Made by a program: the position numbers and the translations under genes
DNA from: a virus
Lineage: Duplodnaviria > Caudoviricetes
DNA: 50,516 nucleotides
Direction: 5' to 3' (one strand)
IMG/VR virus record: IMGVR_UViG_3300044834_000021
Coordinates: 1-50,516 of that record
In this document: piece by piece, positions 33,458-40,505 of the stretch
Position numbering within the stretch: position 1 is the stretch's first letter
Layout: every line of letters begins with the position of its first letter
The notes under the pieces: generated by a model
The model's input: only the letters and a program-made list of their open reading frames with translations
Told to the model about the DNA's origin: nothing
Databases searched by the model: none

Positions 33458-34111
33458 CTAAACCGCCACGCCCCGGCGACCGACCCGGCTCGTGCGACCC
33501 GTCGGCGTCCTCCACTTGATCGGACTGCTGCCCCACGCGCCGATCGCGCCACCCTTGCGGAGCCACTTCTTGTAGCGCACCTTGAGCCGCTTGATCTCGG
33601 GGTCCTCTTCCTTCGTCGAGTTCTCCCATATGTCCATGTAGATCGTGTCGAAGAACTCGAACTCGCCGGGCTGCCACTTGAACACGTCGCCCTCGACGAT
33701 CTTCGCATCGAGGCGCACCGTCGGCGCGACGAGCGCGATCACGTCGGGATTCTTCTCGATCACCGTGACCGAGCGCACATCCTCGCGGCCGCGCAGTTCT
33801 TCGAGGATGAGACCGAGGCCGAGACCGCCGATGAGCACGTCGCCCTTCACGTGGTCGAGGAACGGCAGGTTGGTGATGAACTCCATGTTGGTCGAGGACA
33901 TCATCAATGCCCCGTCGATCTCAAGTTTCACGTACTTGCCCGGAGGCGTGTACGCGAGTTGCCGCTCCGTGTGGGACTTCGCGCGGATCGCGCCCCACTC
34001 GATGTCGTGCCGAGTCACCTCGTAGAGCACGATCTCGGCGCTGCCCTGCTTCTTGATCGGGTAGCGCGCGAACAACTCCTCGCCGTTCGGCTGCCACATT
34101 GGCTTGTTCAA
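33458..34111 (-). CDS. Class I SAM-dependent methyltransferase / spermidine-synthase-like protein
   Basis: GDVLIGGLGLG, VTVIEKNPDVI, FDTIYMDIW; start is TTG 34111 or ATG 34099. Confidence 0.8.
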   Translation of the reverse strand: MNKPMWQPNGEELFARYPIKKQGSAEIVLYEVTRHDIEWGAIRAKSHTERQLAYTPPGKYVKLEIDGALMMSSTNMEFITNLPFLDHVKGDVLIGGLGLGLILEELRGREDVRSVTVIEKNPDVIALVAPTVRLDAKIVEGDVFKWQPGEFEFFDTIYMDIWENSTKEEDPEIKRLKVRYKKWLRKGGAIGAWGSSPIKWRTPTGRTSRVGRRGVAV

Positions 34112-35430
34112 TTGGTCACCCCTTCCGTTGCGCCCACCGTAGCCGTGTCGTCGCCTGTCGTCAAGAGGGCGACGAACGCGCCCCGCGTGACGAGCGTTTG
34201 TTTCATCCCGTTCCATTCCTCGTGAGCCTTCACCGTGGCCTTGATCTTCACCACGTCGCCCTGCGCGATGCCCCGCTCCATCGGCACCTTCTTCTCGTCG
34301 TCGTGGAACTCGCCGGTCGGGACCCGCAGGCCGCTCGACGAAAACCACTTCGCCACGTTGCCCTTCTCGTCCTCGAACGTGTAGAGGAGCGAGTCGCCGA
34401 AGTCGCTCGGGATCACCTTCGGCTCCCTCACCAACTTGAGCGTCATCACTTGCCGCTTGCCGATCTCGCCGATCCACTCGGTCGGGTGCTCGGCCTTCGC
34501 CTTCTCGATCGCGTGCGCCTTCTCCTCGGCCCGGCCCTTCGCGCTCGGGATCGAGGCGAAGATGCCCCACGTGCGCTGCTCGATGTACTCCATGCCCGAG
34601 ACCACGCCGACGTTGTACCGATAGTCCTCGGTGCTCGGGTCCGCGTCCTCGCCCCACGCCCGCGCCCACTCGATGATCTCCCGAGCCTTCGCCCGTTCGT
34701 CCTCGGTCACCGCGATCCGTGTCGAGCCGCCGATGATCTCGCTGATCCGCTGCACCGTCGAGGGCGTCTTCGGCGGGTTGGCCTTCGCCTTCGAGATGAA
34801 GCCCTCGGCCGCGATGATCCGCAGCGCGAGCGCCATGAAGTCCTCGGCGTTCACCCGGTAGTAGCCGTGGCCGGTCGGCCGATCTCCGCCGTCCTCGTCC
34901 TCGGCATACCCGCCGAAGTCGAGCGAGGTGAGGAACTCGGCCTGCGCCGCGAGCGTCTCGGGCGATGTCGTGCGGATGAAGTCCGCGAGGCAGTTCCGGC
35001 CCACGAGCGCCGTCCGGCCGTCCTCGTGTTGCACCACGAAGGCGGCGAGCCTGCGCCTGATCTTGTGGCAATGGTCGCAGTCGTCGGGCGAAGCCTTGAG
35101 GTACGGCGCGGGGAGCGTGGCCCCCTCGGCGACCTTGATGAGCACTTGCCCTTCCACGTGCTTGAGCGCCGCGATGAAGTGCCACCCGGCGAGTACCGGC
35201 GTGGTGCCCTCGATCTTCGTGATGGCGTACCGGAACTCCTCCCGCACGCCGTCGGTCTCGATCACCTTGATCTCGGTGCGCAGCACCGTGACCACGATCG
35301 GCGGGAGCGCGAGCCGCTTCGCCCGCTTGTTGAGCCGCTCCACGTCGTACCGCAGTCGCGCGAGGTTGCCCTCGGGAATGCGATACTCCGCCTTCGGCTC
35401 CTGCTCGGGGGTGGTCTCGATCTCTTGCAC
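34108..35430 (-). CDS. Zn-finger plus C-terminal OB-fold nucleic-acid-binding protein (leaderless)
   Basis: CDHC...VGRNCL; WIGEIGKR...FG...GNVAKW...IKATVKAH...KQTLVTR. Confidence 0.75.
   Translation of the reverse strand: MQEIETTPEQEPKAEYRIPEGNLARLRYDVERLNKRAKRLALPPIVVTVLRTEIKVIETDGVREEFRYAITKIEGTTPVLAGWHFIAALKHVEGQVLIKVAEGATLPAPYLKASPDDCDHCHKIRRRLAAFVVQHEDGRTALVGRNCLADFIRTTSPETLAAQAEFLTSLDFGGYAEDEDGGDRPTGHGYYRVNAEDFMALALRIIAAEGFISKAKANPPKTPSTVQRISEIIGGSTRIAVTEDERAKAREIIEWARAWGEDADPSTEDYRYNVGVVSGMEYIEQRTWGIFASIPSAKGRAEEKAHAIEKAKAEHPTEWIGEIGKRQVMTLKLVREPKVIPSDFGDSLLYTFEDEKGNVAKWFSSSGLRVPTGEFHDDEKKVPMERGIAQGDVVKIKATVKAHEEWNGMKQTLVTRGAFVALLTTGDDTATVGATEGVTN
34136..34164 (-). promoter_or_regulatory. 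Repeat promoter/operator copy 8 (inside the 3' end of the upstream CDS)
   Basis: TTGACG-acaggcgacgacacggc-TACGGT; 27 nt identical to copy 1. Confidence 0.85.
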
Positions 35431-35436
35431 GGGCCT

Positions 35437-35465
35437 AGCGTACCCGCGTCGTCACCTGTCGTCAA
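35437..35465 (-). promoter_or_regulatory. Repeat promoter/operator copy 9 (divergent pair with copy 10)
   Basis: TTGACG-acaggtgacgacgcggg-TACGCT; GTG 6 nt downstream. Confidence 0.85.
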
Positions 35466-35499
35466 GTGCCACCGTTCTCGGGTGCGCGGCCGCCGGGGC

Positions 35500-35528
35500 T
35501 TGACGACACCGGACGACGGGTGTACGGT
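35500..35528 (+). promoter_or_regulatory. Repeat promoter/operator copy 10
   Basis: TTGACG-acaccggacgacgggtg-TACGGT. Confidence 0.8.
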
Positions 35529-35555
35529 TCGGCGAAACAACGAGGAGGCGCACCA

Positions 35556-35825
35556 ATGCGCGCGACCAAGAAGGGGAGCAAGGCCACGCGGGATCGTAAG
35601 AACGATCTCTACGCGCGCGGCGTGCCCTCGGCGACGACCATCAAGGAGATCAAGCACCTCGCGGCCGTGAAGCGCACGACCGTCGGCGACATCATCCACC
35701 GGGAGCACGCGGTCGTCCGCGATCTGCGCACGCTCCTGAGCACGAGCGCCGAGGCCGAGCCGTTCGATCGCGCCGCGATCGAGGACTCGCTCACGAAGCA
35801 CGGCCTCGCGGCGGAGACGGTGTGA
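35556..35825 (+). CDS. Putative ribbon-helix-helix DNA-binding regulator
   Basis: NDLYARGVPSATTIKEIKHLAAVKRTTVGDII fits an Arc/CopG strand-helix-helix pattern; SD GAGGAGG. Confidence 0.55.
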   Translation: MRATKKGSKATRDRKNDLYARGVPSATTIKEIKHLAAVKRTTVGDIIHREHAVVRDLRTLLSTSAEAEPFDRAAIEDSLTKHGLAAETV

Positions 35826-36007
35826 CGCCGATCGAGCGCGCGATCGCGGCGTCGAGCCGCATCACCGAGGCGCGCATCGAGATCGGCAAGTTGCAGCGTG
35901 CCGAGGCCGAGCAACACAAGATCATCAACCTCGCGCACGCCGAGGTGGACACCTTCCTCGCGTTGATCCGCGACGGCGCGATCGCGGCGGAGGGATCGCC
36001 CTTCTAA
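35822..36007 (+). CDS. Hypothetical helical protein
   Basis: GTGA overlap. Confidence 0.6.
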   Translation: MTPIERAIAASSRITEARIEIGKLQRAEAEQHKIINLAHAEVDTFLALIRDGAIAAEGSPF

Positions 36008-36010
36008 CGA

Positions 36011-36048
36011 ACGGCCCGGCCGTGAGAGCGGTCGGGCCGTCGTCTTCC
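36011..36048 (+). terminator. Hairpin terminator candidate
   Basis: ACGGCCCGGCC...GGTCGGGCCGT after the stop; weak U tract. Confidence 0.5.
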
Positions 36049-36167
36049 TCCGTGATGAGGCGAGTGATCTACGCGGCTTTGAGCCTCCCGGCTACCCGCG
36101 CATGGGACACCTCCGGCGTCGTCTTGACGCCGATTGTTTCACGTGTGTCAGAGCACACAGGCACACG

Positions 36168-36695
36168 TCACCATCCGAGCCGGGCCGGGTAAGCGAACTG
36201 CACCCGGCGGCGGCCATCGAAGGTCAGGATCGCCTCCATCTTCGCGAGCACCTTCTCGCCGTACTCGGGAGAGGGTGCCCAACGTCCTGAGCCGCCTAGC
36301 GTGGCGATCTCCGGCGAAGTGGCCCGATGCTCGGCTCCGAAGTGTCGCGGGTCCCACGGCTGCCCACACAGGGCGTTGACGTGCTTCGGGACGGCGTACC
36401 ACGCAAGGTGAGCCGCCTGCGCGATGCACCCGAGGAAGGGCGACTCGAACTTCGCGATCGCGGTGGTCTCGGTGTTCTTGATCCCGGCGTAGTTGTTGAA
36501 CTCGGGGCAGCCCGAGAAGACCGAGGTCCCGCATCCGCCGTAGGCGTACAGGCCGGTCTCGTGGAGTTGTTGCGCGAGGATGACCTCGGCCCGGATGCCG
36601 AACGTCGCCGCGACGAACGCGATCCGCTCCGCGTGACCGGGTGGCGCGAGCGGTGCGAACGCGGCGATGTATCCCGCGAGTCCCTCGGCGCTCAC
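36168..36695 (-). CDS. Glucosaminidase (GH73-like) peptidoglycan hydrolase
   Basis: AQQLHETG...NNYAGIK...WAPSPEYG; may start at GTA 36725. Confidence 0.75.
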   Translation of the reverse strand: MSAEGLAGYIAAFAPLAPPGHAERIAFVAATFGIRAEVILAQQLHETGLYAYGGCGTSVFSGCPEFNNYAGIKNTETTAIAKFESPFLGCIAQAAHLAWYAVPKHVNALCGQPWDPRHFGAEHRATSPEIATLGGSGRWAPSPEYGEKVLAKMEAILTFDGRRRVQFAYPARLGW

Positions 36696-36721
36696 CTGCG
36701 AGCGACCCGCGATGAGTTCGG

Positions 36722-36961
36722 TTACCGCCCGGCCTTCGCCGCCTCGGCACGCCGAGCGCGCAGCATGGCAGCCTCACGTCCGGCCGCGAGCGTTGCGCCG
36801 ATGTTCACGGTGAAGACCCCGAGGCCGCCGACGAGCAGACCGCCCCGGAGCACCGGGTCGATGTTGAGCGGCGGGTTGGTGAGCGATGACGCGGTGAAAA
36901 GTGCGATCGCGATTGCGCCACCGATGACCTTGAGTACGAACGCGCGAGTGTCAGGGTCCAT
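36722..36961 (-). CDS. Holin candidate
   Basis: 79 aa, two TM segments, basic C-terminus, located between lysins. Confidence 0.65.
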   Translation of the reverse strand: MDPDTRAFVLKVIGGAIAIALFTASSLTNPPLNIDPVLRGGLLVGGLGVFTVNIGATLAAGREAAMLRARRAEAAKAGR

Positions 36962-37039
36962 CTACTTCTTCTCCTTGTCGCTTGTCTTCTTCACGACCCG
37001 CGTCTTGCGGACCATCTTCTTCACCGTGCCTGTCGGCAT
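36962..37039 (-). CDS. Basic micro-peptide (25 aa)
   Basis: MPTGTVKKMVRKTRVVKKTSDKEKK; SD GGAAGGGG; TAG abuts the holin ATG. Confidence 0.4.
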   Translation of the reverse strand: MPTGTVKKMVRKTRVVKKTSDKEKK

Positions 37040-37045
37040 CTGTCG

Positions 37046-37834
37046 TCACCCCCTTCCATGACCGCTGCGAACGGCCGAGTCGCTCGGCGCTCCGCGCGGA
37101 CGAGATCGCGCGGTGCGCTTGGGAGCCGAGAGGATGAGACCCTTCGGCGGCCGCGCGCTCAACTCGATCAAGCGCGTGAGCCGCTTCACCTTCCCGGCCG
37201 GGAGACCGGGCGCTCCGGCCGCCCACTTCGCGAGCGGGTTGAGAAGTTCCTTGACCGCATCGAAGGACCATCCCACCTGCTCGACGTACTTGTTGAACTT
37301 GTCGAGATCGACCATGCCCGCTTCTCCCTTCGCGATCGCGAGTATGCGCTCGATGTCGAGGCCGCTCGGGCACGCGGTCGCGTTGTACCAACGGTGCGGC
37401 CCGCAGTTCTCTAGCGTGAGATCGAAACCGTATTCGGATGCAAGCGCCCGGTGGAGCGCAGCCGAGGCGAGGTACATCTCGGGCGTGCGCTCGGAGTCCC
37501 AATGCCGACCCTCGTCCTCGTGCTCGATGCCGACGCGCTCGACGTTGATCGGCCAATTGCCCGCGTGATACGCGATGTGCCATACGCGCACCCACATCAC
37601 GATCCTGCCCGAGAGACCGATGCCGAAGTGCGCGCTCACGTTCGAGGTCGGATTCTTGAAGCGCGCCTCGGCGCTCGCGATCGTGCCGACCATCGAGTGA
37701 TTGACCGTGCCGAGCACGGCGCGGAACGTGTTGTCGAAGTTCGAGGAGGGCAGCGGGCCGCGCCACTCGTTCGCCGGTAGCGCAGCCCGAAGCCTCTCGA
37801 CCGCGATCTTGGACGGTGGCGCGAGGACGAGCAC
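37046..37834 (-). CDS. N-acetylmuramoyl-L-alanine amidase (Amidase_2) endolysin
   Basis: VNHSMVG, VSAHFGI, AYHAGN, VGIEHE, PHR...TACP. Confidence 0.9.
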   Translation of the reverse strand: MLVLAPPSKIAVERLRAALPANEWRGPLPSSNFDNTFRAVLGTVNHSMVGTIASAEARFKNPTSNVSAHFGIGLSGRIVMWVRVWHIAYHAGNWPINVERVGIEHEDEGRHWDSERTPEMYLASAALHRALASEYGFDLTLENCGPHRWYNATACPSGLDIERILAIAKGEAGMVDLDKFNKYVEQVGWSFDAVKELLNPLAKWAAGAPGLPAGKVKRLTRLIELSARPPKGLILSAPKRTARSRPRGAPSDSAVRSGHGRG

Positions 37835-38664
37835 TACTTGTTGCGCATCGCTTCGAGATCGGCCATGAGACCGGCGAGGTCGAGACCGCTCACGGTCTTG
37901 CCGGTGTTCTCACGCACGAACTCGGGATCGATGTAGGTCCAAGCCTCGTCCATGTACCGGGCCTGCCACTCCTCGCTCATCTCCTGCTCCGCGCCCCACG
38001 TGACGCAGCGCCGCGACTTGGTGGTGATCCGCCCGGTGTAGATCGCGTGCCCGCCCCACGACCACGGCTCCGAGCCGGGGCCGACAACCGTGCTCCACGT
38101 CTTGCCCTTGCCGGTCTCCTTCTGCGCGCTCACGGGCAGCCCGACGCCCGTGTAGAGCACGCCGAAGAGGAAGAGGCACGCGACCATCTGCCGCTCGTCG
38201 AGCGGGTCCACGGCGAGGTAAGGACCGATCGTGTCGGTGCCGTCGCCGCCGAGGCCCTTGTGCTGCGCGTACTTGAGGACATCGAGCAGATAGACGCCGT
38301 TGTCGTTCGCGCCCGTGTTCGGGTCGTAGCCCGAGATCGCGGAGTAGTTGCGGATCGCGCGCGCCTCGCGGTCCACCTCTTCGATCGCGGGGTGCAGGCC
38401 CCACGTCTCGGCCGTGATGTCGGCGTGCTCGATCGACGCGAGGCCGCAGTCGCCGAGCCGGTTGTTGGCGAGCATCGGGAACGGGACGCCCTTCACCTTC
38501 TTGGTGCCCTTCGTGACGCGGCTCATGCGATCGACGACCTTCGGGATGTGCGGCAACTTGCGCGGGTTGATGTAGTGCGCGGCGCGGAACGTGCGAGGGT
38601 CGAACTTCGGCGGCAGTTTTCCTAGCCGACGACCCTCGACGACGAGTGTCTCCTGAGTCTCCAA
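37834..38664 (-). CDS. Papain-like cysteine peptidase
   Basis: NNRLGDC (catalytic Cys), GGHAI (His), VTWG. Confidence 0.75.
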   Translation of the reverse strand: METQETLVVEGRRLGKLPPKFDPRTFRAAHYINPRKLPHIPKVVDRMSRVTKGTKKVKGVPFPMLANNRLGDCGLASIEHADITAETWGLHPAIEEVDREARAIRNYSAISGYDPNTGANDNGVYLLDVLKYAQHKGLGGDGTDTIGPYLAVDPLDERQMVACLFLFGVLYTGVGLPVSAQKETGKGKTWSTVVGPGSEPWSWGGHAIYTGRITTKSRRCVTWGAEQEMSEEWQARYMDEAWTYIDPEFVRENTGKTVSGLDLAGLMADLEAMRNK

Positions 38665-38709
38665 CGGTCACCCTCCCGATCTTGTTCGGGCAGTTGTACC
38701 ACGCCCGCC

Positions 38710-38955
38710 CTAGCCGAGGATGTAGGCGTAGTCGGTGCCCTTCGGGAGTTGAATCGCGACCTGAATGACCATCTGCGTGAGTCGAACGCGCTGCGAGGTC
38801 GGCAGGAGCGTCATCTGCGTCACGAACTGCGTGGCCCGCAACTGCTGCGAAGTCGGCACGGTCGCCATCTGCGCCACGAACTGCGTGAGCCGCGCGAGTT
38901 CCGATGCTGAGAACAAGGCCATTTGGACCGGGGCTTGAGAGACACGGGTGCCCAC
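38710..38955 (-). CDS. Small tail-associated repeat protein (81 aa)
   Basis: 18-aa repeats RLTQFVAQ/RATQFVTQ/RLTQMVIQ; TAGTG overlap. Confidence 0.6.
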   Translation of the reverse strand: MGTRVSQAPVQMALFSASELARLTQFVAQMATVPTSQQLRATQFVTQMTLLPTSQRVRLTQMVIQVAIQLPKGTDYAYILG

Positions 38956-39998
38956 TAGGCCACGACCTTCACGCCGAACTCGTCGGCGTTGATCTCGGAG
39001 AGGGTCCAATCGTTCGTGGTCGCGGGATTCTTGCGGTAATACTCGGAGACGTAGACGTATGAGGTGCCGATGTTTTGATTGGCACCGAGATAGTTCACGC
39101 CGCCCTCGCGCACCACGGGCGCGATCGTGCGCACACCCGCGTCGTCCTTGCGCGCGAAGAGGTGAATGCCGACCGCCTTGACCGTGCCGCTCGTCGGGGT
39201 CGCGTTCTGCATCGCATACGTGTCGATGTCGCCGGGCGTGGCGCTGCCCACGTAGTCGGTATCCGAGTTCGGCGTGGCCTCATCGACGAGCAGGTAGTTG
39301 TCCACGCTGTTGCCGTCGCTCCCGACGAACGCGCTCGTCGCGCCGTTGCCGTTCGGCAGGCGACCCTCGACTCGCACGTCGCCCCAATCCTCGTAGTCGT
39401 TCCACCAAAAGTCATCCCAATCGAGGATCGTGTCGCCGTTGTAGGCCGCGTCGTTCGCGAGCATCCCGCGATTGGCGTAGGCGTTCGCGGTGATCTTCGT
39501 GTCCTGCGCCGAGATGTTGATGTCGGTGACGCCGTTGACGGTGACGACGAACTCGCCCACGGTGTCGGAGATCACGACCTTGCAGGTGATGTACCGCTCG
39601 ACGCCGTTGCTCATGATCGCGGTCCCGGTCGCGAGGAGCACGCCGCCGCCCCCGGTGATCGGGGTGCTGCGCCACACTTCAAGTTTCTGATTCACGCCGT
39701 TGAGGTAGAGGCCGCATTGCACACCGGCCGCGCCCGCCGTGCCGGTGTCCACGAAGACGAAGATCGGATGCCGGGCACCGATGAGCGTCGTCGTTTTCAT
39801 CGAGACGCCCATGTAGTGCGTGGCGAAGCCGTTGGCGATGTCCTTCCAACACCCGTTGACCGAGTTGCCGGTGCGCAGCCCCGGAGTGCCGTTGCGTCCG
39901 AAGGCCCCGATGGTCGCGCTGTTGTTGCCGGTCCAATGGAGAAGGTTCTGCGCGCTCGCGTAGAAGTCGAAGCCGTCCATGTGATGCACCGTTGGCAT
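38955..39998 (-). CDS. Minor tail protein (beta-sandwich, receptor-binding candidate)
   Basis: MDGFD start, WDDFW, NPATTNDWT...INADEFGVK end. Confidence 0.7.
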   Translation of the reverse strand: MPTVHHMDGFDFYASAQNLLHWTGNNSATIGAFGRNGTPGLRTGNSVNGCWKDIANGFATHYMGVSMKTTTLIGARHPIFVFVDTGTAGAAGVQCGLYLNGVNQKLEVWRSTPITGGGGVLLATGTAIMSNGVERYITCKVVISDTVGEFVVTVNGVTDINISAQDTKITANAYANRGMLANDAAYNGDTILDWDDFWWNDYEDWGDVRVEGRLPNGNGATSAFVGSDGNSVDNYLLVDEATPNSDTDYVGSATPGDIDTYAMQNATPTSGTVKAVGIHLFARKDDAGVRTIAPVVREGGVNYLGANQNIGTSYVYVSEYYRKNPATTNDWTLSEINADEFGVKVVA

Positions 39999-40001
39999 TC
40001 G

Positions 40002-40505
40002 CTAGTCCCTTCTCACCTTGACGACAAGGAGCGCGCGCTGCGCAAGATCGTTCGTGTCCACGTTCACGCGGATGGTCTCGCCCGCCACGATGGTCTTCTT
40101 CGTCCACGCGCTCGGGCTGCCTACGGCCTTGAGCGCCGCCACGGTCTGCGGCCGGTTGCCCGACGCGCCCGGCATCGTATCGCCCGCGACCGGCGGATAG
40201 TTCCCGTAGGTGTCCTTCCACAGATCGATGCGCATGGTCGCCGCGATGTCGAGGAGCATCGTCCACCCGATCACCGTGCAGTCGAAGTCCACGACGAGAT
40301 CGAGTTTGATCCCGACCGAGATGAGCGCGCCGCCGCCGATGCAGAAGACGAGATCGGCCATCGGCTTCTGCACGTTGGTCGCATCACTCGCCTCGTTCTC
40401 GCCGGGGATCACGCTCGCCGCCGGAGCGAGCGCCGCGACCGCCTCGCGCCGACCCTCGCGGCCGCGCAGGAGTTGGGCGATGTTCTTGGGGTGGCGAGAG
40501 ATCAC
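40002..40505 (-). CDS. Minor tail protein
   Basis: IDLWKDTYGNYPP...AGETIRVNVD; follows the hub gene. Confidence 0.65.
   Translation of the reverse strand: MISRHPKNIAQLLRGREGRREAVAALAPAASVIPGENEASDATNVQKPMADLVFCIGGGALISVGIKLDLVVDFDCTVIGWTMLLDIAATMRIDLWKDTYGNYPPVAGDTMPGASGNRPQTVAALKAVGSPSAWTKKTIVAGETIRVNVDTNDLAQRALLVVKVRRD

Noticed and set aside
31766-35670. Long plus-strand ORFs (31766..33439, 34099..35670; likewise 15360..16775, 39075..40535, 43854..45272)
   Set aside because: They are antisense shadows of well-supported minus-strand genes in high-GC DNA, with no SD or motifs.
20968-36100. Integrase, CI-type repressor, DNA polymerase or tRNA genes
   Set aside because: No motifs recognised; absence is by eye only and needs HMM and tRNAscan confirmation.
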